Source: Capsulimonadaceae bacterium
GTDB lineage: Bacteria; Armatimonadota; Armatimonadia; Armatimonadales; Capsulimonadaceae
NCBI GenBank assembly: GCA_965215505.1
Contig: OZ244065.1
Span: 1,568,001 to 1,632,000, forward strand
DNA: 64,000 bases
Direction of reading: 5' to 3'
Shown: piece by piece, positions 1 through 9,260 of the stretch
How positions within the stretch are numbered: position 1 is the stretch's first letter
Layout of the letters: the number at the start of each line of letters is the position of its first letter
Notes under the pieces: generated by a model
Told to the model about the DNA's origin: nothing
Seen by the model: the letters and a program-made list of their open reading frames with translations, nothing else
The model's database searches: none
Translations under genes and position numbers: made by a program

Positions 1-54
1 CCTGATAATTTGATAATAAAACGCCCCCGGCACCTGCCGGGGGCCTGCAACGCC

Positions 55-549
55 TCACTCCGCGCCCTCTTTTCCCGCCGCTTCCTTCTCCTCCCGCTCC
101 TTCTCCTCCCGCTGCTCCTTCTCGGACATTTCTACCGCCTGCTCCGGCGAGAGGATCTGGCCGCCGAAGCGCAGCTCCAGCAGCCGGGCGTCGTCCAGCA
201 CCTTGGGATTGAGCGTGACGAACGAGGCTTTGGAGTAGATGCTAGTCAGGAAGTGGTGGAACGAGTCGCCATACTCATCGTGGTAATGCGCGCACAGACG
301 CTTGTACTCGGCCTCGTCGCGGACCTTCTTGCTGGTGATGGCCCACGTCTTGATCTTCTCGCGCTCCTTGCTGGCGGCGCTCTGAAGCTCGACCATCAGC
401 CCCCGGTGCTTGCGCTCGAACTCGGCCTGCGTGATGCGCCCCGACTCCAGGTTGTCGCCCAGCGCCTTCATCTTCTTGAACCACGGGTTGTCGTTCAGCG
501 GGTGCCCGACGGGTTCGTTATCGCTGTCTTGTTCGTTCTTTTGTGCCAT
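55..549 (-). CDS. hypothetical protein
   Basis: High-GC3 ORF; likely start MAQKNEQ at 549; charged helical protein, no family recognised. Confidence 0.6.
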   Translation of the reverse strand: MAQKNEQDSDNEPVGHPLNDNPWFKKMKALGDNLESGRITQAEFERKHRGLMVELQSAASKEREKIKTWAITSKKVRDEAEYKRLCAHYHDEYGDSFHHFLTSIYSKASFVTLNPKVLDDARLLELRFGGQILSPEQAVEMSEKEQREEKEREEKEAAGKEGAE

Positions 550-1048
550 GGGAGAAGTTCCATTCCGGTTCGAGTTCAGCCCCGCAGACCGTGCAGGTGA
601 ACTCACCCTCTTTTACGATGTTCGTCTGACCGCAGCCTTCACAAAGGCGACACAGGAAGGCCCGTGTGAAGCCATCAGGATGCGGAATGCCCACTTTATC
701 TAAAGCCGCCGCGACCACAGGCCAGGACTCAGGTTCCGGGCAGTACCCGGTGGACTGGTTGGTAACATCAGTGACCAGAACGTCCCCGCCACCAACTTCA
801 AACGTCATCTCTCCGGCAGAAAGTACGTCCCCACCACGGGCGCAGGCCACATGCTCGGAGTGCCGGTCTGCGATCCACAGTGAGATGTTGACATCTACAA
901 CGAAGGTAGCAACGAAAATAAAGGCTTTTCGGGTCGGCTGTGTGCTGTTTCCCCAAGCCAAAACATCGGCTTTCTTGTTGACACGCGTTCTCCGTGTAGT
1001 GTCCCAACCAAACGCCTTCAGATCGCATGGGCCTATGTATTGGTACAC
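518..1048 (-). CDS. conserved hypothetical protein with C-terminal zinc ribbon
   Basis: RHSEHVACA and NQSTGYCPEP motifs, CxxC...CxxC at the C-terminus; follows mazF closely. Confidence 0.7.
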   Translation of the reverse strand: MYQYIGPCDLKAFGWDTTRRTRVNKKADVLAWGNSTQPTRKAFIFVATFVVDVNISLWIADRHSEHVACARGGDVLSAGEMTFEVGGGDVLVTDVTNQSTGYCPEPESWPVVAAALDKVGIPHPDGFTRAFLCRLCEGCGQTNIVKEGEFTCTVCGAELEPEWNFSHGTKERTRQR

Positions 1049-1052
1049 GGCA

Positions 1053-1397
1053 TCAGACCCTTATCAGTGCGTTTATTTTGGCGACTACTTCTTTCAATAC
1101 GGAGATAGGGAGGCCGCAAATGTACGTCGTGTCCCTTGTCGTCCAATCCAGACACTTGACTTGATCCGCCAGTATCACGCCATATACGGCGTATCCAAGA
1201 GGCACAGGCACCTCGAAGTTGTAGCCTTTTGCCCGCTTTGTGATTGGGCACATGACCGCAAGCCCTGTGGAGTCGTTGTACACTGAATTTGACAAAACGA
1301 GTGCAGGCCGCCGCCCGGCCTGCTCATGGCCTGATTGCGGGTCGAAATCTATCGAGATCACGTCGCCGCGCGCTGGAATGAAGGCCATCAGCTTCAC
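1053..1397 (-). CDS. mazF: MazF/PemK endoribonuclease toxin
   Basis: RGD..IDFDPQSGHEQAGRRPALVLS...PIT and ILADQVKCLDW signature. Confidence 0.95.
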   Translation of the reverse strand: MKLMAFIPARGDVISIDFDPQSGHEQAGRRPALVLSNSVYNDSTGLAVMCPITKRAKGYNFEVPVPLGYAVYGVILADQVKCLDWTTRDTTYICGLPISVLKEVVAKINALIRV

Positions 1398-1636
1398 CAG
1401 ACCTCATTGCCGACGGGTCGCCCTGTGCTGATCTCCGGATGCCTGTTCTCCTCAGTGATGCCTTCCAGCAGCTCCTCAATAGTATAGTACGGTTCCTCTG
1501 GATCGGTCACGATGATCTTGCCGTTTTCCAGGGCGATATTCACAACGCTGTTTTCTTTCAGATCTGAAGCGGACGCCAGCATCTCAGGAACGGGGATCAT
1601 CAGTCCCTCATCCGTTTTGCGAATTTGTACTTGCAT
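1394..1636 (-). CDS. mazE: MazE/AbrB-fold antitoxin
   Basis: 80 aa ending YTIEELLEGITEEN.HPEISTGRPVGNEVW; 4-nt overlap with mazF. Confidence 0.9.
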   Translation of the reverse strand: MQVQIRKTDEGLMIPVPEMLASASDLKENSVVNIALENGKIIVTDPEEPYYTIEELLEGITEENRHPEISTGRPVGNEVW

Positions 1637-1734
1637 GGGTCATTCTCCTCACGTTCATTATACACATGCTTCATCGCCTTTCGGTTTAACAATAGGCTTG
1701 CCAGAGCAAGGGCATTGCCGGACCAGCACCCAAT

Positions 1735-1770
1735 AACGAAACGCCCGCTCCAATGGAGCGGGCGTCTTCG
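1735..1770 (-). terminator. intrinsic terminator after csrA
   Basis: Hairpin GACGCCCGCTCCA/TGGAGCGGGCGT followed by TTT on the minus strand. Confidence 0.75.
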
Positions 1771-1781
1771 TGGGCCGGTCG

Positions 1782-2027
1782 CTATTTGATCTTGCCTTGC
1801 TTCGTGATCGCGTCCCCCAAGGCGTCCAGGTCGGAGGCGTCGGGCGCGGCGGAGGCGGCCCGGTTCTCCTGCTGGATTTGCAGGTAGACTTCCTTGCGGT
1901 GGACGGAAACGTCGCGCGGGGCGGTGACGCCCAGACGGACCTGATCCCCACGGACCTCGATGACCGTGATCTCGATCTCGTCGCCGATCTTGATGCTCTG
2001 GTTTAATCTTCGTGTCAGAACTAACAT
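1782..2027 (-). CDS. csrA: carbon storage regulator CsrA
   Basis: [20 protein letters not shown]...[20 protein letters not shown]. Confidence 0.97.
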   Translation of the reverse strand: MLVLTRRLNQSIKIGDEIEITVIEVRGDQVRLGVTAPRDVSVHRKEVYLQIQQENRAASAAPDASDLDALGDAITKQGKIK

Positions 2028-2087
2028 TTGGCCCTCCCTGGCACGACGCGGCGGAACGATTACCGTGGCGCATGCAAGTGATACGCC

Positions 2088-2117
2088 ATTTTACTGTTTA
2101 TTCTTTCCCATTGTCAA
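2088..2117 (-). promoter_or_regulatory. sigma70-type promoter for csrA
   Basis: TTGACA-N18-TAAAAT on the minus strand; a GCCGATAA (sigma28 -10-like) also lies at 2133-2140. Confidence 0.55.
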
Positions 2118-2144
2118 GGGGAAGTCTAAAGTTTATCGGCAGAC

Positions 2145-2615
2145 CTACTCGCCCGGCAGCAGGCGGTGGCGCAGGCCGTACTGGTCCGTGTTCAGGACCA
2201 CCTGCTTCGCCACGCGCGCGCGGGTGTTCACCACGACCGGGGCCATCAGGTTCGCCGTGATGCCGGCGGGGTCCCCCGAGGGGATGGTCAGCAGCGAATA
2301 CAGGCGGGGCCGGGCGGCCTCCTCGCCCTCCTCCTTACCGATCAGGGCCAGCGCCTCCATCTCGGCGCGCGGGACGCGCGGGGCATAATCGGGGAAGGCT
2401 TGGTGCGGCTCCATCGCGAGGAACGCCAGGCCGCCGTCTTCCAGGGACTGGAGCCAGACGAACGGGCTGCCCTTGCCGCCCTCCGCCGTGTGGTGCGGGA
2501 CGAGGGTGAACCGCCGGTGGTCCTCGAAGCCGGGCAGCCCGTCCGGGAAGGTGAGGACCTTGCGCTCCTCCACGTCGAGGGCGCCGAAGCGGGTGGTTTC
2601 GATATGCATGAACAT
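2145..2615 (-). CDS. fliW: flagellar assembly factor FliW
   Basis: TTRFG, FPDGLPGFE, WLQS, TANLMAPVVVN motifs; adjacent to csrA. Confidence 0.95.
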   Translation of the reverse strand: MFMHIETTRFGALDVEERKVLTFPDGLPGFEDHRRFTLVPHHTAEGGKGSPFVWLQSLEDGGLAFLAMEPHQAFPDYAPRVPRAEMEALALIGKEEGEEAARPRLYSLLTIPSGDPAGITANLMAPVVVNTRARVAKQVVLNTDQYGLRHRLLPGE

Positions 2616-2662
2616 GATTACTCCTGGGTGGGTCCGATGCCGATTCTGGTCCGATGCCGATT

Positions 2663-3547
2663 CTAGTGCAGATAGTCCGCGAGGCTGTACTGGGTCGCCT
2701 TGGCGGTGGTCGCGAGCGAGGCCTGATAAACATTCTGGGCGCCCTGGAGCTGCACATAGGCCGTGGCCAGGTCTACGTCCTCGATGTTCGAGATCGCGGC
2801 CTGATATCCGGTCTGCGCCTGCGTCAACTGCCGTTTGACGGAATCGGCCTCGGTACTCTTGGCCCCCACGGTCGCCTGGGCGGTGCTGATCGAAGTCAGC
2901 CCCGAGTCCACCTGCGCGATGTCGCCGGAGAGGCTGGTGAAGGCACCCGCCGTCCCTGCGGCGGCGGCCGTGAGGTGCTGCTTCAGCGACTGGAGCGCGG
3001 CGAAAGTGGGGCCGAAGACGGCGCTCCCGACAGCGCTCGTCTGGATAGAATAGCCCGGCCCGATGGTCGCCGAGAGCGGCTGGGCGTCGCCCTGGTAGTT
3101 CTGGGACGAGTCGTAAGGGGGGGTCTTCGTCTGCGTTCCCCCGAAGACATAGGTCCCGTGCAGGTCGGTGTTGGCGAGCTGCGTGACCTGCTGGATGATG
3201 CCGTCCACCTGGCTGCTCAGGGCGCTGAGGCTGGCCGGGGACTGGCTGGAGTTTGCGGCCTGGACGGCGATCTGACGCGCCGACTGGACGACCGTGGTGA
3301 CGTTCGTTAGGGCGGCGTCGGCGGCGGACAGGTAGGACTTGGCCGAGTCGGCGTCGCGCTGGTACTGCGTGTTGTCCGCCGCCGCGCTGCGGAGCGAGAG
3401 CGACTGGGAAGCTCCGGCCGGGTCGTCCGCGAAGCTCGTGAGCTTTTTGCCGCTCGAGATCTGCCCCTGAACTGCGGTGAAGTTCTCCAGGCTGGTCTCG
3501 ATATTCTGCTGGAGGTCGCCGTACTGAAGACTGTTGGTGATCCGCAT
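2663..3547 (-). CDS. flgL: hook-associated protein 3 FlgL
   Basis: MRIT...SSGKK..DDPA, YVFGGT, EDVDLA, YQASL...SLADYL. Confidence 0.93.
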   Translation of the reverse strand: MRITNSLQYGDLQQNIETSLENFTAVQGQISSGKKLTSFADDPAGASQSLSLRSAAADNTQYQRDADSAKSYLSAADAALTNVTTVVQSARQIAVQAANSSQSPASLSALSSQVDGIIQQVTQLANTDLHGTYVFGGTQTKTPPYDSSQNYQGDAQPLSATIGPGYSIQTSAVGSAVFGPTFAALQSLKQHLTAAAAGTAGAFTSLSGDIAQVDSGLTSISTAQATVGAKSTEADSVKRQLTQAQTGYQAAISNIEDVDLATAYVQLQGAQNVYQASLATTAKATQYSLADYLH

Positions 3548-3584
3548 CGTGTCCTGCCTTCTCTCTTTATTCCCGATCCTCGCG

Positions 3585-3634
3585 GATTAGTTCGATGATT
3601 AGTTCGATGATTAGTTCGATGATTAGTTCGATGA
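3585..3634. repeat. 12-bp tandem repeat x4 (GATTAGTTCGAT) copying the last codons and stop of flgK
   Basis: Seen directly; minus strand reads TCATCGAACTAA four times. Confidence 0.9.
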
Positions 3635-5026
3635 GAACAAGTTGTTAATCAGCGTCCCCACCATATCGTCCATCGTCTGCACGACGCGGGCGGAGGCCTG
3701 ATAGGCGCGCTGATATTTCAGCATGTTGACCATCTCCGAGTCGGTGGAGACGCCCGTCACCGACTCGCGCTGCTGGGTGAGCTGCGTGAGCGTCGCCCCT
3801 GCGCTGGCCGAGGCGGACGTGGCGCTCGCGGCCCGCCCGCCGGCGTCGGAGACGGTCTGCTGGTAGAAACCCTGGAGCGTCGTGTTGTAGAGCGCATCAC
3901 CCGGCGTCGTGTCCGTCTTGCTCCCCAAAGCGGCGAGCAGGGTGGCGTTGGCGGCGTCCCCCTGAGGCGGGAGCGGTGGGGCCGGGGGGACGGGCAGGGC
4001 CGCCGCCGCCAGCTTCTCCGGGTGGCCCTCCAGGGCCGGGTTGACGGCGATGGTGGAGGCCTCCTTGCCCGCCGTGACGGTGAAGAAGGCCAGACCCGTC
4101 GTCCCGTCCAGCCCCGCCCCGCCCTGGTGTACGGCGTTGACCTGGGACGCCAGCGAGGCGGCCAGCGTGTCGAGCTTCCCCTGGTAGCCGGCGACCTCGC
4201 CCTGGCCCTGGATCAGGCCGGCCAGCTCGCCCTGCTTCAAGTCGCCCTGGGCGGTCAGGCTGCCCTGTGTGACGGCGTAGGGGTTCGTCCCGACCACGAG
4301 CGCCTGATTCCCGACGGAGACGTTGACCGTGCCGTCTGAGTTGGCCGTCGTGGAGACGTTCGCCAGGGCCGAGGCCTTGTCCAGAAGCAGGTCCCGCTGG
4401 TCCAGCAGCCCGTTGACCGGGTGCCCGCCCGCGCTCTGCTGCCGGATGGTGACGTTCAGCGCGGCGATCTGGCTGCCGTAGTCGTTCAGGTTCTGCACGT
4501 CGGTGGCGATGTGCTGGGTCAGGGTGGTGCCGGCCGCCGTGAGCTGCTGCTGGACTCCTTGGAACCGCTGCGCCAGCGCATCCCCCTTTTGGACGGTCGT
4601 CGCGCGGATGCCCAGGTCGTCCGGGTTGTTGGCGAGGTCGTGGAAGCCGTTGAAGAACGCGCTCAGGGCCGAGTTCAGCCCCGTGTCCGAAGGCTCGCCG
4701 AAGGCGGCATCCACCTGGGTCAGCGCGCTCTGGAGTGTGGACTGGTAATTCTTCGCCCCGGTCGCCCCGCGCACCTGGGTGTCCAGGAACTGGTCGCGGG
4801 CGCGCTGGATGCTGCCGATCGCGACGCCCGTGCCCAGCCCTTCCCCGATTGGGACCGCGCTGTGATCGTCCGAGGCGATCGAGTCGGTCGCCACCTGATC
4901 CACCGACTGCACCGAGTAGCCCGCCGTGCCGGCGTTTGCGATGTTGTTGCCCGTGACGTCCTGGCCGACCTGTGCGGCGGCGAGGCCGGTGCGTCCGATC
5001 TCTATCCCGAAAAATGTACCCGGCAT
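3623..5026 (-). CDS. flgK: hook-associated protein 1 FlgK
   Basis: GNNIANAGTAGYS, LLDQRD, RESVTGVSTDSEMVNMLKYQRAYQASARV. Confidence 0.95.
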   Translation of the reverse strand: MPGTFFGIEIGRTGLAAAQVGQDVTGNNIANAGTAGYSVQSVDQVATDSIASDDHSAVPIGEGLGTGVAIGSIQRARDQFLDTQVRGATGAKNYQSTLQSALTQVDAAFGEPSDTGLNSALSAFFNGFHDLANNPDDLGIRATTVQKGDALAQRFQGVQQQLTAAGTTLTQHIATDVQNLNDYGSQIAALNVTIRQQSAGGHPVNGLLDQRDLLLDKASALANVSTTANSDGTVNVSVGNQALVVGTNPYAVTQGSLTAQGDLKQGELAGLIQGQGEVAGYQGKLDTLAASLASQVNAVHQGGAGLDGTTGLAFFTVTAGKEASTIAVNPALEGHPEKLAAAALPVPPAPPLPPQGDAANATLLAALGSKTDTTPGDALYNTTLQGFYQQTVSDAGGRAASATSASASAGATLTQLTQQRESVTGVSTDSEMVNMLKYQRAYQASARVVQTMDDMVGTLINNLFSSN

Positions 5027-5054
5027 GATGAGTCCTCCCTATGGCGGGTCTGTG

Positions 5055-5525
5055 CTAGGCCCGGCGGTCGAGCATCAGGCGGCCCGTCATCCGGCCCCGC
5101 CCGCCGTAGCCGTTGTCGGCCGTGCGCCCCGCCTCCACAAAGAGGTCCAGCGTGAACGCAAGGTAATTCAATTCGTTCTGGATAAGGCCCCGGTTTGAGC
5201 GGGTCAGCGCCTGCACCCGGTCCAGAGTCCGTCGCAGGTTGTTTTCCAGTGTCGGCAAGCCGCGCAGGCTCGCCGCCGGCAGCATCTCCTTCAGGGCTGA
5301 GAGCGTGAGCGGTGCCCCCGCCTCGTCCACCAATGCGGCACGGCGCGCGTCGTCCTGCCTCTCCAGGGCGGCCAGCATCGCGCAGTGCTGCTCCTGAAGG
5401 GCCGCGAAGCGCGCCCGGTCGCAGGACAGGAGGGCCTGCTCCTGGGCCTCCAGCAGCTTGCAGTGGCGCGTTTGCAGCGCCAGCTCATCGCGCAGGACCT
5501 GCAAGATGTGTTTCACGTCGGTCAT
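5055..5525 (-). CDS. flgN: flagellar export chaperone FlgN
   Basis: Helical ~155 aa directly upstream of flgK, N..LIQ..L pattern, ends LDRRA. Confidence 0.8.
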   Translation of the reverse strand: MTDVKHILQVLRDELALQTRHCKLLEAQEQALLSCDRARFAALQEQHCAMLAALERQDDARRAALVDEAGAPLTLSALKEMLPAASLRGLPTLENNLRRTLDRVQALTRSNRGLIQNELNYLAFTLDLFVEAGRTADNGYGGRGRMTGRLMLDRRA

Positions 5526-5530
5526 TGTCT

Positions 5531-5854
5531 TTAGGCCTTCTTGTCGGTCTGCACCCCGGCGGGCGGGACGCTGCCCCCGAGCGACGGCGCGAGCTGGTCG
5601 TACATCATCTTCGCGATGCCGACGTCGCCCCGCTTGGACATCGAATCGGTCAGGCTCTGGTCCATCATGTCCCGGAACGTCGCCTGGCCGTTGCCCTGGT
5701 CGCCGAGCAGCTTATCGTCGGGGACGGTCTTCCGCATCTCCTTGAGAAGCTCATGCAGGAAGTATCCTTCGAACTGTTGCGTTGCCTTCTGGAGGTCCAG
5801 GTGCTTCTTGTCCAGCGCGGGCGGGGCATTCGTTTCAATGCGGAGCATGGTCAC
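5531..5854 (-). CDS. flgJ: rod-binding protein, FlgJ N-terminal domain only
   Basis: ATQQFEGYFL..LLKEMRKTV...FRDMMD...GIAKMMYDQL; no muramidase domain. Confidence 0.85.
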   Translation of the reverse strand: MTMLRIETNAPPALDKKHLDLQKATQQFEGYFLHELLKEMRKTVPDDKLLGDQGNGQATFRDMMDQSLTDSMSKRGDVGIAKMMYDQLAPSLGGSVPPAGVQTDKKA

Positions 5855-6960
5855 TGCACCTCGATCTCGGCATGGAGCGCGCCGGCTTCCTTCATGGCCT
5901 GCAAGATGGCGATGAGGTCGCGCGGCGTCACGCCCAAGGCGTTCAGGGAGTGGACGACCTTGTCCAGTGTCGTGCTTTTCGGGATGGGGATCAATCGCTC
6001 GTCGCCCTCATGGACGGTGACGGCCTTGCCCGGCGCGGTCACGGTGACGCCCTTGGACAGTGGGGCGGGCTGCGAGATGATCGGGTCGTTAGCGATGGAG
6101 ACGGTGAGGCTTCCGTGCGCCACGGCACAGGCCGTGACCTCCACGTCCCCGCCCATGACCACGGTGCCCGTGCGCTCGTTGATGACGACCTTGGCGACCT
6201 CATCCGTCTCGACCGGCACGGACTCCAGGGCGGCGATCAGCGAGACGGGCGGCGTGCCAGGCGCGAAGGACACGCGGACCGTCGCCGCGTCTTCCGCATC
6301 GGCCCCAGTCGCGCCGGCAGGCCGGTGGGCGTTGATGGCGGCGGCCAGCCGGGCCGCCGTGGTGAAATCGGGGTGGTTCAGGGTCACTTCCAGCGCCCCG
6401 GACGCGCCGCCAAGCAGCGTCGTCGGCACGTCCTGTTCCACTAGGGCACCGCCGGGGATACGGCCCACCGTGACGAAGTTCTTGGTGACGCCGCCGCCCG
6501 CCCCGCCGCCGGCCAGGAACCCGCCCACCGAGAGCGGCCCCTGGGCGACCGCATAGACGCGGTTGTTGGCCGCCTGCAAGGGCGTCTGGAGCAGCGTCCC
6601 GCCTTGCAGCGAGGAGGCGTCGCCGAGGCTGCTGACCGTGACATCAATGGCGCTGCCGTTCTTGACATAGGCGGGCAGGGTGGCCGTGACCATGACGGCG
6701 GCCACGTTCTTGAGCTTCAGGGCACCCGGCGGGACGGTGACGCCAAACTTCTGGAGCAGCGAAGCGACCGACTGCGGCGTGAACGTCGCCCCGGTCCCGT
6801 CGCCCGTCCCGCTCAGGCCGACGATCAGGCCGTACCCGACGAGCTGATTGCCCCGAACGCCTTGCACGGCGGCGATGTCTTTCAGCCGCGTCTGCGCCTG
6901 CGCGGCGGGTGCCAGAGCGGCGAGGGCGAGGGCCAACGAAATGATCTGAGGTGTCTTCAT
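5851..6960 (-). CDS. flgI: flagellar P-ring protein FlgI
   Basis: RLKDIA..GVRGNQLVGYGLIVGL, SLQGGTLL.TPL, INERTGTVV; signal peptide from ATG 6960. Confidence 0.96.
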   Translation of the reverse strand: MKTPQIISLALALAALAPAAQAQTRLKDIAAVQGVRGNQLVGYGLIVGLSGTGDGTGATFTPQSVASLLQKFGVTVPPGALKLKNVAAVMVTATLPAYVKNGSAIDVTVSSLGDASSLQGGTLLQTPLQAANNRVYAVAQGPLSVGGFLAGGGAGGGVTKNFVTVGRIPGGALVEQDVPTTLLGGASGALEVTLNHPDFTTAARLAAAINAHRPAGATGADAEDAATVRVSFAPGTPPVSLIAALESVPVETDEVAKVVINERTGTVVMGGDVEVTACAVAHGSLTVSIANDPIISQPAPLSKGVTVTAPGKAVTVHEGDERLIPIPKSTTLDKVVHSLNALGVTPRDLIAILQAMKEAGALHAEIEVQ

Positions 6961-7010
6961 AGATGAGCCTGGTATATTTATCGGCTGCCTCGCACTCAAA
7001 CAAGAGGCAT

Positions 7011-7634
7011 TCAGAACAGGAACTTGAAGACGCGGCTGATGAGGCCGTCGTGCTGCTTGTCGCCGACCGGGCCGCGCCCGCCGTATTTGATCTGGGCGTC
7101 GGCGATCAGCGGCGACTGGATCGTGTTGTCATAGGCGATGTCCTGGGGGCGGACGACGCCGGTGAGGGTGATCTCCTGCGTCTCGGCGTTCATGCCCACC
7201 TTGCGCTTGCCCTCGATGGCGAGGTTGCCGTTCGGCAGCACCTGCGTGACGGTGACGGCGATGCTGGCCGTCAGGTTATCAGTCCGGTTCGTGCTGCCGG
7301 TGGCGTTGCTGCCGATGCTGCCGTTCAGCCCAAACGCCGGGATGTTGTGCAGGATCGGCCCCAGCCCCGGCCCGTAGCTCAGGTTCTCGGTCTTGGAGTT
7401 CTTGGTCGCGGCCTGGGACGTGGCGGAGGCGTTCTCGTTGATCACGATGGTCAGGGTGTCGCCGACGTGCCGGGCCTTGTTGTCCGAGAACAGCGAGACG
7501 GAAGCCGCGCTGGCCTTGGCGACATCCGTGCTGCTGCCGGGGAAGAGCGAGTCGGCCTGGACGGACGCGGCCAGCGTCGCGGCGATGGCGAGCAGGGCCA
7601 GCGATTTCAGCAGGGTATTGGGAAAGGATTGCAT
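7011..7634 (-). CDS. flgH: flagellar L-ring protein FlgH
   Basis: LFSDNKA..VGD.LTI, VLPNGNL.IEG, GVVRPQDI..DNTI.S..IADA. Confidence 0.95.
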   Translation of the reverse strand: MQSFPNTLLKSLALLAIAATLAASVQADSLFPGSSTDVAKASAASVSLFSDNKARHVGDTLTIVINENASATSQAATKNSKTENLSYGPGLGPILHNIPAFGLNGSIGSNATGSTNRTDNLTASIAVTVTQVLPNGNLAIEGKRKVGMNAETQEITLTGVVRPQDIAYDNTIQSPLIADAQIKYGGRGPVGDKQHDGLISRVFKFLF

Positions 7635-7638
7635 GGGT

Positions 7639-8298
7639 TCAGATCTCCAGATGCACAGTCTGTGCATCCATAACTCGGACGGAAAGGTCGGTCATCACGC
7701 CCTCGCGGTGGACACGGATCGTCTGCCCCGCGCCACCGCCCTCGCGGGCCACGCCCGGCGCGGTGATGGTGAGCGGGCCGGTTTGGATGACGATGGTGAC
7801 GGGGTCACCCCGGCGGATAAGAAGGCTTGGGGGTGGCAACGGGGTCTGCGTAGGGGCGCGATTCATCGCGCCCTCTGTTCTTATCGCGCCCTCTGTTCTG
7901 CCTCCCTGTGTGGCAGGGGCAGAGGGCGCGGCAAGAGGCACCCCTACGGGAACGGCATCCTCCACCCTCGTCACCTCCGCCGCGTCCGCGCCTTCCAGCA
8001 CGGCGGCCTTGTCAGGGTCGCACCCGGCCTGCCGCAGTTTCAGGGCCAGGTCGCCGCGCGTCACGCGGCGGCTCTCGCCGGACAGGGGGGCGCGGCCGAT
8101 GGGGATGGCGGCGAGGCGCGTTCGCAGGGCCGCGCCGCCGCCGGAAACGTCGGCCACGGCCCCCAGCGTGAAGAAGCCGTCGGCATCGGCCGACACGGCG
8201 GCGGCCGGTTTCAGGGCGACGTGGACGGGACTCGAGGCGGCGGGGCAGGCCAGCGCAGCCAGCAGGAAGCCGGCGCATCGGAGGGAAGCGGTCTTCAT
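7639..8298 (-). CDS. flgA: P-ring formation chaperone FlgA-like protein
   Basis: Signal peptide; C-terminal IRRGDPVTI..G.L.I...G.A...G..GQTIRV; located between flgG and flgH. Confidence 0.8.
   Translation of the reverse strand: MKTASLRCAGFLLAALACPAASSPVHVALKPAAAVSADADGFFTLGAVADVSGGGAALRTRLAAIPIGRAPLSGESRRVTRGDLALKLRQAGCDPDKAAVLEGADAAEVTRVEDAVPVGVPLAAPSAPATQGGRTEGAIRTEGAMNRAPTQTPLPPPSLLIRRGDPVTIVIQTGPLTITAPGVAREGGGAGQTIRVHREGVMTDLSVRVMDAQTVHLEI
7850..7899. repeat. GTAG-type REP with duplicated arm, inside flgA
   Basis: GTAGGGGCGCGATTCATCGCGCCC plus an 18-bp-period duplication; near-identical intergenic copy at 9214-9237. Confidence 0.75.
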
Positions 8299-8315
8299 GG
8301 CGCGTCTCCCCTGCC

Positions 8316-9104
8316 CTAGCGCTTGAGCTGGTTGGCGGTCTGGAGCATCTCGTCGGACGTCTGGATGGCTTTGGAGTTGACCTCGTAAGCGCGCTGGGCG
8401 GTGATCATGTTGACCATCTCCTGCACGATCTGGACGTTGGACATTTCCAGAGTGCCCTGCGCGAGCTGGCCGAAGCCGGCCTGGCCGGGCGTGCCGTCGG
8501 TCGGGGAACCGGAGGCGGGTGTCTCCTGGAAATTGTTGCCGCCGAGGTGCTTGAGGCCCGCAGGGTTGGAAAACCGCGTCAGGGTGATCTTGCCGACCGC
8601 CTCCGGGGTGTTGCTGCTGCCGCGCGTGATGTTGACCGTGCCGTCCTTGCCGATGGCGATGGAGGTGGCGTCGGCAGGGATGGTGATCTCCGGCTGGATG
8701 GCGAGGCCGTCCGAGTTGACCAGCTTGCCCTGGACGTCGCGCTTGAACGCGCCGTCGCGGGTGTAGCCATTGGTGCCGTCGGGCAGGAGGACTTTGTAGA
8801 AGCCGTCGCCCTCGATAGCGACGTCCAGGTTGTTGCCGGTCTCCTGGAGCGTCCCCTGGTCGAACATCGTCTCGGTCGAGCCGGGCTTGACGCCCAGGCC
8901 GACTTCCAGCCCGGTGGGCGTGGTCGCGCCCTGGGCGACGGTCGCGCCGGCGGGGCGCATCTCCTGGTACAGAAGATCCTGGAAGTCCGCCCGGCTCTTC
9001 TTGAAGCCGACCGTGTTGACGTTGGCGAGGTTGTTGGCGATGACGTCCATGTTGAGCTGCTGGGCCTGCATCCCGGTCGCCGCCGTGTAGAGTGAGCGCA
9101 TCAT
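8316..9104 (-). CDS. flgG: distal rod protein FlgG
   Basis: [47 protein letters not shown]. Confidence 0.97.
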   Translation of the reverse strand: MMRSLYTAATGMQAQQLNMDVIANNLANVNTVGFKKSRADFQDLLYQEMRPAGATVAQGATTPTGLEVGLGVKPGSTETMFDQGTLQETGNNLDVAIEGDGFYKVLLPDGTNGYTRDGAFKRDVQGKLVNSDGLAIQPEITIPADATSIAIGKDGTVNITRGSSNTPEAVGKITLTRFSNPAGLKHLGGNNFQETPASGSPTDGTPGQAGFGQLAQGTLEMSNVQIVQEMVNMITAQRAYEVNSKAIQTSDEMLQTANQLKR

Positions 9105-9213
9105 AGTGCGTGTTTCTCCTGATGCCCCCTCGGTCGGAGGGGGCGGGTCGTCGGCTTCCGTCAGCGGCCCGTTGAGGCGTTAGACAGTCCAGCCGTATTG
9201 TCTTATTGTCTTC

Positions 9214-9237
9214 GTAGGGGTGCGATCCATCGCGCCC
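9214..9237. repeat. GTAG-type REP
   Basis: GTAGGGGTGCGATCCATCGCGCCC palindrome between flgF and flgG. Confidence 0.75.
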
Positions 9238-9260
9238 TTTTATCTATCGCGCCTGTCGCG

